DNA from: an uncultured bacterium
Lineage (GTDB): Bacteria > Patescibacteriota > Minisyncoccia > Phycocordibacterales > GCA-2401445
Length of the DNA stretch: 56,477 nt
Assembly: GCA_937952265.1 (NCBI GenBank)
Contig: CALFYW010000055.1
Span: forward strand, 1 to 56,477
Reading direction: 5' to 3'
Part shown: in pieces, positions 39,409-48,889 of the stretch
Layout of the letters: each line of letters starts with the position of its first letter
How positions within the stretch are numbered: the stretch's first letter is position 1
Notes under the pieces: generated by a model
What the model saw: the letters and a program-made list of their open reading frames with translations, nothing else
What the model was told of the DNA's origin: nothing
Database searches by the model: none
Position numbers and translations under genes: made by a program

Positions 39409-41460
39409 TCAATATATCCCATCCATCGGCGGCCCGCTCTCCGATGATCCGCCATTGAAAGGGTCAAACCCGATGACCGCGGACAGCCGCTTCCGCATCG
39501 CGTGTCCCGGCCGGCGCCGACCGAGCTCCCACCCGATCATCGTCTTATCCGAGACCCCCACCGCTTCCGCGAACTCCTTCACCGTCAGCCGCTGGTGCAT
39601 TCGATAGGCTCGAAGACGCCCTCCACCGTCGGTCTCAGACGTGGATAACAAGGCCACGTCATGGGGTTTGGTGCTCCGGGGTGCACCAGCCGCCGGATCC
39701 GTAAACGGATCAAACCCCAGAAAAGCGGCGATCGCTGGTTGATGAACCCAGGCAGGGAAGACTTTTCCGCACTCCCAGCGACTGAGTGTTACCGTGCTAA
39801 CCTTGAGCAAATGCGCTACTTGCGCTTGCCGCAAACGCTTTTCCGCACGCCGCTTGATGAGGAATTCGCCCACGGTATTGGGCTGCGTTGGAACGAGCGC
39901 TCCTCGGACCCGGACGGGCAAAAACGCTGCTCGATCCGCACGAATCACTCGGTAGCAACAAGGCAACGTCGCCAACAGGTTTCGTTGCCTTTTTGTGAGC
40001 GCTTCAGAAGAAGGTGATGCACAAAGTGTTATCGTTACGGTCTGGTTTGATACTTCGATCGATTCCACAATGCTTTCAATTAGGCCGCGCTTGTCCTCCG
40101 GTGACAAGCGCGGCCAAGAAGCATGCAGGTTCATGGCTTCGCCCACGACTTCTTCCGCTGAAAGCTCGTGGATCTTGAGTGCATCGAGCTCGCCTTGGAG
40201 CTTGGGCAACTCCGACGCGAGGGTGCGTTCCTGCGCTTCGAGGGGGCTGTTGAGGGATCCGAATCCCTCGGTCGAGATCTGATCGTCTTGGTAAAGCCGG
40301 TAGACCTTACGCTTTTCTTCCCGAACGCGATCCAACCGGCGTTCATGGGCGGTCACCCGACTCTCGAGATCCCGAACATGCTCGCTTGCATGCTCCAGGT
40401 GCTCGCGCACAGCGTCTTCGGAGACCAGGAATGCCTTAAGGCGTTCCCGAAAGATCGCTTCCAAATCCTCGGCCGGGATCTTGGTTCGACATTGCGAACA
40501 GACATATTTCGGCGAGCGGGAGAACACGTACATTTTTCGGCCACACCCGCACCGGAGGAGACCGGCAAACAGATGCACCGGTTTTGGGCCGGGCGCCTGA
40601 CCGTTGCTGCGCCGATCACGTAGGATCTCGTTGCACTGCTCCCAGAGCGTCTCCGAGACCAACGCATCAACGGGGGTATGGACCCACTCCGACTCGGGCT
40701 TGGTCTGAAGCTTTCCCCGAGCATCCCGAAAGGTATGATTGGACCGATACCGGCCCTTGGCGGTTGGATCCCGAATGAGCCGATCAATCGTGGTATCCGT
40801 GAATGCGGCTCCCTTTCGCGTCCGATATCCTGCGTCGTTTACCACGCGCACCACGGTCTTGATGCGGCGGTGTTCGAGAAACAATTCGTAGATCCACTTG
40901 CGGATCGGCCCCTCAGACGGGTCGATTTCCAAGCGGTTGTCCACCCAACGGTAGCCAAACGGAGCCGCCCCGCCCAAGTTCTTACCCAATTCGGCCCGCA
41001 CCCGTATCGATGCCCGGACCCGATCGGTGATCTCCTCACGCTCCCACTGCGCCATGGCAGCGATAATGGTGAAGAAGAGCCTTCCCGCCGGTGAGGATGT
41101 GTCGATCGACTCTTGCAGTGAGATTAAATCAGCGCCGAGGTCCCGGAACTGGTCGGCAAAATCAAGCAACTCACGGGTATTTCGAGCGAGGCGGGCGAGT
41201 TTGGAGAAAATCAGGGCGGAAATATGTCCGCGCGTGATATCGCGAATCATCCGGACCGCTTCCGGGTGGTCCTTGACGGATTTCCCGCTCACTGCCTCCA
41301 AATGGTAAATCTCGCGGACCGCCCACCCTTGAGATTCGGCGTAGGCACGCGCGCGGCGTTCGTGGTGATCGGGGCTGTCGCCTCGGGCTTGGTCCTCCGT
41401 CGATACGCGGATCCAAATCCCCACTGAACGGGGTGATGAACGGGCCGACCGCGCCTTCAT
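39409..41460 (-). CDS. Large serine recombinase with two C-terminal XRE-type HTH modules (683 aa)
   Basis: Resolvase catalytic N-terminus VGIWIRVSTEDQ...ALIFSKLARLARN...LQESIDTSSPAGRLFFTIIAAMAQWERE. Recombinase domain, Cys-rich zinc ribbon (LLRCGCG...YVCSQC) and a coiled coil. Then VGEFLIKRRAEKRLRQAQVAHLLKVSTVTLSRWECGK and LRAYRMHQRLTVKEFAEAVGVSDKTMIGWELGR. Confidence 0.95.
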   Translation of the reverse strand: MKARSARSSPRSVGIWIRVSTEDQARGDSPDHHERRARAYAESQGWAVREIYHLEAVSGKSVKDHPEAVRMIRDITRGHISALIFSKLARLARNTRELLDFADQFRDLGADLISLQESIDTSSPAGRLFFTIIAAMAQWEREEITDRVRASIRVRAELGKNLGGAAPFGYRWVDNRLEIDPSEGPIRKWIYELFLEHRRIKTVVRVVNDAGYRTRKGAAFTDTTIDRLIRDPTAKGRYRSNHTFRDARGKLQTKPESEWVHTPVDALVSETLWEQCNEILRDRRSNGQAPGPKPVHLFAGLLRCGCGRKMYVFSRSPKYVCSQCRTKIPAEDLEAIFRERLKAFLVSEDAVREHLEHASEHVRDLESRVTAHERRLDRVREEKRKVYRLYQDDQISTEGFGSLNSPLEAQERTLASELPKLQGELDALKIHELSAEEVVGEAMNLHASWPRLSPEDKRGLIESIVESIEVSNQTVTITLCASPSSEALTKRQRNLLATLPCCYRVIRADRAAFLPVRVRGALVPTQPNTVGEFLIKRRAEKRLRQAQVAHLLKVSTVTLSRWECGKVFPAWVHQPAIAAFLGFDPFTDPAAGAPRSTKPHDVALLSTSETDGGGRLRAYRMHQRLTVKEFAEAVGVSDKTMIGWELGRRRPGHAMRKRLSAVIGFDPFNGGSSESGPPMDGIY

Positions 41461-41525
41461 AGATGCTTAAGACGGTAGCAACCACGACTTTCTCGGGCAA
41501 GTCACCAACCCCCAGCTCCCCCCAG

Positions 41526-44500
41526 CTATTTCCCCCGTTTCTTGCGCTTCTTGCGTGCTTCTCGCGCCGCGATATCGATCAGTTTGGAAGGTAGAGGAGG
41601 CTTCTTCGGGCCACTTGCTGGCGGGGCAACGGAAACCTTCCATCCATTGACCACCGGCGTATCATCATGCGTGGGACACGCATCTTTGATTTCCTGTAGG
41701 AGGTGCCAGACATCCTCCACGAGACAGAACCGAACGTTCGTGAGGACTCCAGGCGGAAACTGCTGTCGCGCTGCATGTTCGAGGGCGTCTAGTGCAGTCC
41801 GGTCGGTTGCAACCATGACCACCCAGAATATGCCGTGGGCGAGGAGTTGTCCCAGGCCGCGGAGCTCATGCTCGACTGAGGTGGTTTGCGAAATCTCGAC
41901 CGCGATTCGCTGCTCCCCTCTGGTCAAGAGCACATCAATCCTCCGGTCACCCAACGGCACCTCTTTGTGCGCGGTGAATCGCAGCCCACTGGCAATTTCA
42001 ACGATGCGGTCTTGGTAAAAGGTGTGTGTGGGGCCCGGACAGGCTGCTCCCGGTTTTGCCTTGGCTGGCTCCGGGGGCGGCGACGCGGGCAGGTCGTGGG
42101 CAGGAATCGAGGAGGAATTGTCGGTGGCACTCGGTGTATGAGCCGGTGGAACTGCGGCAGGGCCCGACGCTGCAGCCGGAGCGGGCGGTGGCGTAATCGG
42201 GGGCGTTGGCGCGGGTGGTTCTCCAAGTGATTCCTCCGGAGGCGGTGAATCCGGCGGCTCATGAGCCCTCTCCTTGCGCGATGGCTGAGCGCCTCCCGCC
42301 AAACGCTCGGTGCGTCGCGTGGCAAGCAGTTCTTCAACACTCGCTCGACTTCGGGCAAAGCGCACACGCGAGTTCGCTCGAATCCGCGCGCGCCGGGATG
42401 CCGCTATGTCGGCAGCGGGGAAATCAGGGAGCACTGTGCTGAGATTGAAGTCAGCATCCGCTCGCTCAACCCGCATAATCGCTTCTCCGCGGGAGAGATT
42501 CTGCAGGTCGTTGGCCTCGAACGATTCGAAACCCTCAGCAATGCGCCGGGCGTCATGGTCTCCAACGCGAAAACAAATGCGCGTCAGCGGGTGCGAGAGG
42601 ACGGCACTCAGTACCTCCGGGCTTCGCGCGAGCTGCTCGAGTTCATGGTGAGCGAGGGTGAGCCCTAACTTGTATTTGCGCACCCCAGAGAGAATCGTTG
42701 CAAGAGACGGTGTGACGAAATGGTGGAATTCATCAATATACAAAAAGAACGGACGCCGCTCGGTTTCCGCCACCTCCTGGCGGGCAATGGTGATCTCGTA
42801 GAATTTTGCCACCAAGAGTGTGCCCAAGAGATACGCATCGTCCGGATTGATGAGCCCATGCGATAGCTTGGCGAGGAAGATCTTCCCCTCATTCATGATC
42901 CGAGCGACGTCGATCTTGTTGTCGGGCTGACCCACCATGTGCCGGATGATCTTCGGCATGAGGAACGTGTTAAGGCGGGTAAGAAGCGGTCCGATGGAGT
43001 TCGATTTGAGAATGGGGAACTCGTGCGTCCAGTAGTATATGACTTCAGGGTCAGAAACAGACTCAAGGAACTGCTTTCGAACCGTGCGATCAACGAGAAA
43101 GCGCCGCAGATCATCCAGGGTCCCGCCCCGCGCGCTCTCGACAAACGCGAGGATCGCATTGCCGAGCACCACGTTCATTTGGTCACCCCAGGATGTCGAC
43201 AGACGACGGAAAACCGCCACCAGATCCGCCGCCAGGAGCTCCTTCTCAGTTTCGTTGTGTGCGGAGAGGACGTTGAATCCGATTGGATACTCACGGTCAG
43301 AGGGATCGAAGAGGATAACGTCGTCAATGCGATCTTCGGGGATTGCGCCGGCAATCTGGTCGACGAGATCCCCGTGGGGTTCGATGAGGGCAATTCCGCG
43401 ACCGGCGGCGATGTCCTGCAGGATCATGTTTGCCAAGAGCGTGGATTTCCCGGATCCGGAGCTTCCGATACAATACGTGTGCTGAATGCGTTGGTCGACC
43501 GAGAGCGCGACCGGCATCGCAATACCCTCATGCAGGTTAGCGCCCAGAACCACGCCATCCCCGAGCACCGCTTCCGGAGCCCGTTTGGTTCGCTTCGCTC
43601 CGCGCTTTAGCTTCTTCACCTCAACCGCGGCAGTGGGCAGGTGCGCGATGGACGCCAGTTCGGTGCCGTTGAGAATCATTCCGCTGCGGTTTGAGCAACG
43701 CATCAGAAGTTCGAACTCGCGTTGCGGTGGATCTGCGTTCTCATCCTCAAGCGCGATCAGCGAGTTTGTCTGCGGCGTTCCAAAGAGCTCGAGAGCCCCA
43801 GCCAGTCCGGCAAAGACCTCCCACGCACGTGCAGGATTCGCTGCCGCTGCCGCGACGCGAACCACCACCGCGAACAACGAGCGCGACAGCTTCTCACGCG
43901 CCTTTGGAAGCATCTCAGGCGCATTCACAAAGAAGCAATCACCACGCTCGGTGGTGACCGCGCGCACCGTACTTTCCGCCCATCGGTGGCGGACGGGCTG
44001 AAAGAGAATCTGAAATACGCCAGCTTCATGCTTCCCGAGCCGACTAAGCGCGGCGCAAACGGCAACCATCGGATCAATCGCCAGCTGTCGGAGTGTCGAC
44101 AAGGGAATCATGAACTCCTGATCAAGGCCAAACTCGCGGATAACCTGATAGGTATCATCACTCTCGGCGTGTTGCCTCCAGCATTTCGCAAGCGCGCCGC
44201 TCGTGCGGATAATTGCAGCCTCGGGAAAGTGCGCGCCAAGTTGTGCATTGACAACCTCCGCATCGTTCGGGTGTGTTGCGATCTGGGTTGCGATGGTATC
44301 CGCATCCCCAAAGACTTCGAAAGCAAGTGATCCCTCGGTATGGGCAAGGCTTGCGATGCATTGCTCGAACACTGCCGGCCGCGGTTCATACTCGTGCGGG
44401 AGGGTGACCGACAATTCCACGGGATCGGGAAACGCCTCCCGGTAATTTACCGGAGGATCGAGAATTTCGGGATTGTGCGTTCTGCTGGACTCGTCGTCGA

Positions 44501-44723
44501 TCGACTTCGTGAGGACTCGGCATACCGCATCCGCCAGACGCGACCACATGGTCGGAACCTGTCCATCGTCAAGGATGACGCGACGGGGAAGTGAATGACC
44601 GGGGAACGGAATGAAAGGAGGTTCAAGGTCAACGGGCGCCTCCCAGGTCATCCATCCCCTCCCGCGCAGCTCCCAGCGATAAAACTGCTCGGTTAAGAGC
44701 TCCGATGCGGTGGAAACGCTCAT
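41526..44723 (-). CDS. FtsK/HerA/TraD-superfamily P-loop ATPase with unassigned N-domain, Pro-rich linker and C-terminal PD-(D/E)xK-like domain (1065 aa)
   Basis: Walker A IGSSGSGKST (43440..43469). IALIEPHGDLVDQ, ILFDPSD..YPIGFNVL. Walker B FFLYIDEFHHF (~42717..42749). Linker PPDSPPPEESLGEPPAPTPPITPPPAPAAASGP. C-terminus GDRRIDVLLTRGEQRIAVEISQTT. Confidence 0.9.
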   Translation of the reverse strand: MSVSTASELLTEQFYRWELRGRGWMTWEAPVDLEPPFIPFPGHSLPRRVILDDGQVPTMWSRLADAVCRVLTKSIDDESSRTHNPEILDPPVNYREAFPDPVELSVTLPHEYEPRPAVFEQCIASLAHTEGSLAFEVFGDADTIATQIATHPNDAEVVNAQLGAHFPEAAIIRTSGALAKCWRQHAESDDTYQVIREFGLDQEFMIPLSTLRQLAIDPMVAVCAALSRLGKHEAGVFQILFQPVRHRWAESTVRAVTTERGDCFFVNAPEMLPKAREKLSRSLFAVVVRVAAAAANPARAWEVFAGLAGALELFGTPQTNSLIALEDENADPPQREFELLMRCSNRSGMILNGTELASIAHLPTAAVEVKKLKRGAKRTKRAPEAVLGDGVVLGANLHEGIAMPVALSVDQRIQHTYCIGSSGSGKSTLLANMILQDIAAGRGIALIEPHGDLVDQIAGAIPEDRIDDVILFDPSDREYPIGFNVLSAHNETEKELLAADLVAVFRRLSTSWGDQMNVVLGNAILAFVESARGGTLDDLRRFLVDRTVRKQFLESVSDPEVIYYWTHEFPILKSNSIGPLLTRLNTFLMPKIIRHMVGQPDNKIDVARIMNEGKIFLAKLSHGLINPDDAYLLGTLLVAKFYEITIARQEVAETERRPFFLYIDEFHHFVTPSLATILSGVRKYKLGLTLAHHELEQLARSPEVLSAVLSHPLTRICFRVGDHDARRIAEGFESFEANDLQNLSRGEAIMRVERADADFNLSTVLPDFPAADIAASRRARIRANSRVRFARSRASVEELLATRRTERLAGGAQPSRKERAHEPPDSPPPEESLGEPPAPTPPITPPPAPAAASGPAAVPPAHTPSATDNSSSIPAHDLPASPPPEPAKAKPGAACPGPTHTFYQDRIVEIASGLRFTAHKEVPLGDRRIDVLLTRGEQRIAVEISQTTSVEHELRGLGQLLAHGIFWVVMVATDRTALDALEHAARQQFPPGVLTNVRFCLVEDVWHLLQEIKDACPTHDDTPVVNGWKVSVAPPASGPKKPPLPSKLIDIAAREARKKRKKRGK

Positions 44724-45460
44724 CGCGTCGGACGCGCAGAACCACCAAAGTGCGGTCGCATCTCCTCATCCGAGAGCGCTCGAACGCCGCTCTCGACGGT
44801 CATGGTCGCAACCGACTCCATCACCGCGCGGTGTACAGCTTCGCGATACATTTCCCGTTGGTCTTGTCGGTAATAGGTATCGGGATGGAACAGGGTCTCG
44901 AAAATGGGGCCGATCCAAGGAACAATGCAAAGGGTCTCGTCGAGCCACACCGCGAAACCCGCGACCGCAAGACGCATCAATGACCAGATCGTGGTAATCA
45001 AGAGACCGGTCACGATAATACCAACCATTCCGCCGAACTCGTTCCACACGCCGGCGGCGATGAGAATGAGCATGCCGAGGACGATGACATAGTCCATAAA
45101 GCGTGCATCCCGGCGCCGGTCAAAGAGCCGGGACGAGACGAAATATCCCGTACCGAAGGGAGCGGCACAGACTTCAAAGACCAGCCGTTCCCGTCGCAAT
45201 TGGAGATAAATCCGTTCTCGAGAGAAAATAGTTCCCTCACGCAACTTGACTGCACCGACGAGGAGCCCTGGAACCTCGCGCTTGGCAAGGTTCTCCGTGA
45301 CCAGGGAATAGAAGTCGCGGGGTGAATAGCTGAAGCTCTCAAGGAGCGTGCACCAGTAGGAGAGGAGAGTGTTGCGGCGCGCCAGTGCTGCTTTAGCCTT
45401 CCTCCGAGCCGCCTCCCAGGATTCGAGCGTCTCTGACGTGTGCTCGGAAGTATCGGCCAT
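44720..45460 (-). CDS. Membrane protein (246 aa; cytoplasmic N-domain plus 2-3 TM helices)
   Basis: Hydrophobic helices FMDYVIVLGMLILIAAGVW, MVGIIVTGLLITTIWSLMRL and AVAGFAVWL. ATGA overlap with the ATPase gene (44720..44723). Confidence 0.8.
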   Translation of the reverse strand: MADTSEHTSETLESWEAARRKAKAALARRNTLLSYWCTLLESFSYSPRDFYSLVTENLAKREVPGLLVGAVKLREGTIFSRERIYLQLRRERLVFEVCAAPFGTGYFVSSRLFDRRRDARFMDYVIVLGMLILIAAGVWNEFGGMVGIIVTGLLITTIWSLMRLAVAGFAVWLDETLCIVPWIGPIFETLFHPDTYYRQDQREMYREAVHRAVMESVATMTVESGVRALSDEEMRPHFGGSARPTR

Positions 45461-45462
45461 AG

Positions 45463-47121
45463 TTAGCGCAACTCGTGGCGGAGCTTTGCGACGAATTCCT
45501 CCGCGATTTCGCGCCGGCGCCCGTCGGCAATCGCGGGATTCTCCGGCTTATACTTCCGCGGATGAATCGGAATCAAACTCTCTGGCTTGATACCTTGAAA
45601 AATGGAGAGCGTAACCTTCTCTCCAAGTGCGTAATCCCAAAACTTCGCGTAACACGCTACCTCATTCGGTAGGACTTCACTGAGAAGCAACACTGCCCGC
45701 CGGCCCACGGAGCCAAAGCCCTTGCCGGTGCAATGAATGAGGATGGTATCGGCTCGGACTCGGGTCTCATTCACCAACTCCCAACGAATCGGGCGGGCAT
45801 TAAGCGAGCGAACGAGTGCTTCGCGCACCTCACCCAGTGGGTGATTGAAATCCCATCGGTGCGTGTCAAAAAGGTCTGCATGGGTAAGGGAGTCCGTCGC
45901 ACCCGAGAACGCTTGTGCGGGGAACTGCCGCTTGGCTGCCTCCTCCGCTTGACGCGCCGCCGCCTGTCGAGCCTCTTGTTCCGCCCCCAATCGAGCCAAT
46001 GCCTCGGCCTTGATTGACTCGGCTTCAGGATCACCCGGCCGCTCGGCCAGGGCAGCATTCGCGGCATCAAGAATCCGCTCATAATCAGGCGAGCGCAACC
46101 TCGCGAGGCGACGAGCGTCATCCATGGCGCTCCCGTAGGCTCGACTTACCAGGTTGGTGGCGATCGAGACCACCTCATCCGCCGCAAGCGTCACGTTTAG
46201 CGTGAGCGGCAGAAACCCCTCAGCACGAACTTGGTATCGATAAGCCCCAGGCAGGAGCTCCTTTCTTGATAGGGGGGTGGCTCCCATCTCTAATCCATTC
46301 TCAGTGACTGTTGCATTCGGCGGATCGGTAGTGAGCTCAAAGGTCCCGTAGGAGAAGGCCGCATGCGCCCGATTCGTTGATCCCGCTCCAACGATCGCCG
46401 ACACCTCCTTGCGGTGCTTCCCACGGATCACATGAACCTCATAGATTCCCTCGGGCAAATTAACCAGGGTCGCGGGAGTTTCCCCTGAACGCGCGATCCG
46501 CTTCCGAGCGCGAGACAGCAGTTCAAACACTGCATCCGGCGGGTCGCTGGTAATGGTGAGGTTTCCGACCGGTGGTGTGACCGCGACCCGCGATACACCG
46601 AGTCGAGTCACCTCAACTTCCCGCACCTCGCTAAAGTGCTCGAAGCGAACCACAATCTCGTATCGACCAACCGGGAGGGAAATTGGGTCGGAGGGCCGCT
46701 CAGATAAGGTTAACTCCTTATGGGGCCCCTGAATCTCGATTTCGAGAGGATCAGGTTCGACGAGCATCTCCAGGCTCCCGCGGCTCCACTCCAGTTCAAC
46801 TGTTCCGAGATCATTCACCCCATACCAAAGGAAACGCCGCTCTGAATACGGCTCCGTGTCCTCTCCAGCAACCGTGATGGTGCGCCAACCCAACGGAAGC
46901 CGACCATCGCCCACGGCCGTGCTTCCAACCGTAACCGTCACCGGAACTCGATTTGAAACGTGCCCCTCAATCTCTACGGTGAAGGTAAGCGTGGATCCCT
47001 TTGCTCGTGCAACATGATACTCCCGGACGAGGAGTAGCGCACTGATCGCGATCCACACGAGCAGTGGCCGGAAGGCGATCACCCATGTTCCCCCGTTCAA
47101 ATGAAGTTGAGACACTCCCAT
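45463..47121 (-). CDS. N-terminally membrane-anchored PEGA-repeat protein with helical and unassigned C-terminal domains (552 aa)
   Basis: TM WVIAFRPLLVWIAISALLLV. PEGA-like units LTITSDPPDAVFEL..GETPATLVNLPEGIYEVHV and FELTTDPPNATVTENGLEMGATPLSRKELLPGAYRYQVRAEGF. The stop is 2 nt before the next start. Confidence 0.85.
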   Translation of the reverse strand: MGVSQLHLNGGTWVIAFRPLLVWIAISALLLVREYHVARAKGSTLTFTVEIEGHVSNRVPVTVTVGSTAVGDGRLPLGWRTITVAGEDTEPYSERRFLWYGVNDLGTVELEWSRGSLEMLVEPDPLEIEIQGPHKELTLSERPSDPISLPVGRYEIVVRFEHFSEVREVEVTRLGVSRVAVTPPVGNLTITSDPPDAVFELLSRARKRIARSGETPATLVNLPEGIYEVHVIRGKHRKEVSAIVGAGSTNRAHAAFSYGTFELTTDPPNATVTENGLEMGATPLSRKELLPGAYRYQVRAEGFLPLTLNVTLAADEVVSIATNLVSRAYGSAMDDARRLARLRSPDYERILDAANAALAERPGDPEAESIKAEALARLGAEQEARQAAARQAEEAAKRQFPAQAFSGATDSLTHADLFDTHRWDFNHPLGEVREALVRSLNARPIRWELVNETRVRADTILIHCTGKGFGSVGRRAVLLLSEVLPNEVACYAKFWDYALGEKVTLSIFQGIKPESLIPIHPRKYKPENPAIADGRRREIAEEFVAKLRHELR

Positions 47122-47901
47122 CGATCTCGCAGGTGTGCCAAAAAGAATTCGTCGATGCGAGAGCGGCCTTACGATTTCGGGAGCTTCCGCAAAATGACCG
47201 CGGATTCAGGCACCCGGAACCGCATGGTCCAACAGCGTTGAAGACCATGCGGTTTCGTTAGAGCGCTTACCACGGAAACGCCGCCGTTATCGGAATCCCA
47301 CATTTAGTTAGTTCCGTTCGCACGAACCGTTCCGCTCCTTCGCCTGACACTCATTGTCAAGTTCGCCGCTGGTCGGTTTAGTATGCCGAACGTCGTAGTC
47401 CACCGTGGGCCATTTGGAACAATTCTTGCACCAATGCCATGTGTCTGATCCCTTCTTTCGTCGATACTCAGCCATTATTCTCACCCCCGATTCCGCTTTG
47501 TTACTGTAATTGTGAAACTGAAGCTCCGCTCAAGGCACAAGGCATCCCATAATCAGTCTTGGACGATGTCCGGCCTTCAAAAGCGAACCGATTCAATGTG
47601 GGCTGCGGGCCGGAGAAGCCCCTTTTCTGGTGCCGCGATGTAACGCGACCCTCCTATCGTCGCAGGCGATTTGAGGTCATCGTGCTGCCAGACCCGATTT
47701 TTGCGCCTCCGACCCGCAGCCACCTGTACGGATAACCCAATCGTTTGAAATACGCTGCCGATACCTCCGTTCTTTCAATGAATATCCTCGATTAAACTTC
47801 TGATCGGGTTAGCCCCTCAAGGCGAACGGGTTGCACCACGAAAAACCTGATACTTTCAGAAAAATTCTTGAAAGAACCGAGCCGTTCCAGTCGTATACAG
47901 G

Positions 47902-48510
47902 GTGATGCATGTTGTAACCCGTCAGCTCCCAACCCGGCAGTCGTTATTAAGCCGCCTTAGGGATTGGAATGACAGCGACAGCTGGCAGGAGTTTTTCGAT
48001 CGCTATTGGAAGCTAATATATAACTGGGCGATCAAATCGGGATTGAGCGACGCCGAGGCTCAGGATGTCGTCCAAGAGACCGTCCTCAACGTGGCGAAGA
48101 AAATGCCCGATTTCAAATACCGTCCGGACGGCTCGTTCAAGCGATGGCTCTACACGTGCACGCAATGGCGCGTTGCGGACCAATTGCGTGCGCGTGGCCG
48201 TGCCCCGAGCACACCGGGTAGGAGCGAAACCGATATTTTGAATTGTATCGCAGACCCACAACACGACCAGGAGACCGAGTGGGATGAGGAATGGAACAAG
48301 AACTTGGTCGATTCCGCGATCGAACGGGTAAAACGGCGCGTGGATTTAAAGGTCTTTCAGATTTACGACCTCTATGTGCTTAAGGAGTGGCAGGTTGCGC
48401 GGATCGTTGCAACGCTCAAGGTAAGTGCCATGCGCGTTTACCTGGCGAAACATCGCGTTGGGGCTTTGATGCGTCAGGAGATTGAATATTTACAGAGGAA
48501 TTCGTTGTGA
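47902..48510 (+). CDS. ECF-type sigma-70 family RNA polymerase sigma factor (ATG at 47905 is possible)
   Basis: Region 2: SWQEFFDRYWKLIYNWAIKSGLSDAEAQDVVQETVLNVAKKMPDFKY...FKRWLY. Region 4: HTH IVATLKVSAMRVYLAKHRV. Confidence 0.9.
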   Translation: MMHVVTRQLPTRQSLLSRLRDWNDSDSWQEFFDRYWKLIYNWAIKSGLSDAEAQDVVQETVLNVAKKMPDFKYRPDGSFKRWLYTCTQWRVADQLRARGRAPSTPGRSETDILNCIADPQHDQETEWDEEWNKNLVDSAIERVKRRVDLKVFQIYDLYVLKEWQVARIVATLKVSAMRVYLAKHRVGALMRQEIEYLQRNSL

Positions 48511-48889
48511 AGCACGTGAATTTGGCCTGTTGTCTTTGGGTCAACCCGTTTGGTGCCTTGCGTCTGGATCATCGGCACGTCGCCGTGTATCCAGTGCGCG
48601 GGCCCCATTCCATGTCTGCACTTCGCCGTTTGCTCATGTCCAAAATCAATGCTGGCCTTAAACCCGGGCCTGATTCCAACCACACCTATGAAACCAACCG
48701 ATCCAAAGACGATAGAACCCCAATTCAGCCCAAAGCCTAAGAACCGCCCCAAAGTATTACGCCCGGTCTGGGGAGATTCGAGTCCGAGTCCAAGCCCCAG
48801 TCACGCGCCTGAGAGCCCGGATCCGGAGGAGAATCTGGCCCAATCGAGCCGTTACCGCGAACTCGTGAGCTAAACCGCCCCGGGGTTGC

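Noticed and set aside
47871-47894. GAACC ... CGT string resembling an ECF-type autoregulated promoter upstream of the sigma gene
   Set aside because: The spacer is only ~14 nt (16-17 expected), and the -10-like CGT lies 8 nt from the start codon. That leaves no room for a 5' UTR or RBS.
48507-48873. 77-aa and 107-aa ORFs between the sigma and glycosyltransferase genes, considered as an anti-sigma factor
   Set aside because: They overlap, are Pro/Ser/Cys-rich and have no anti-sigma (zinc-finger/TM) features. Coding status is unclear.
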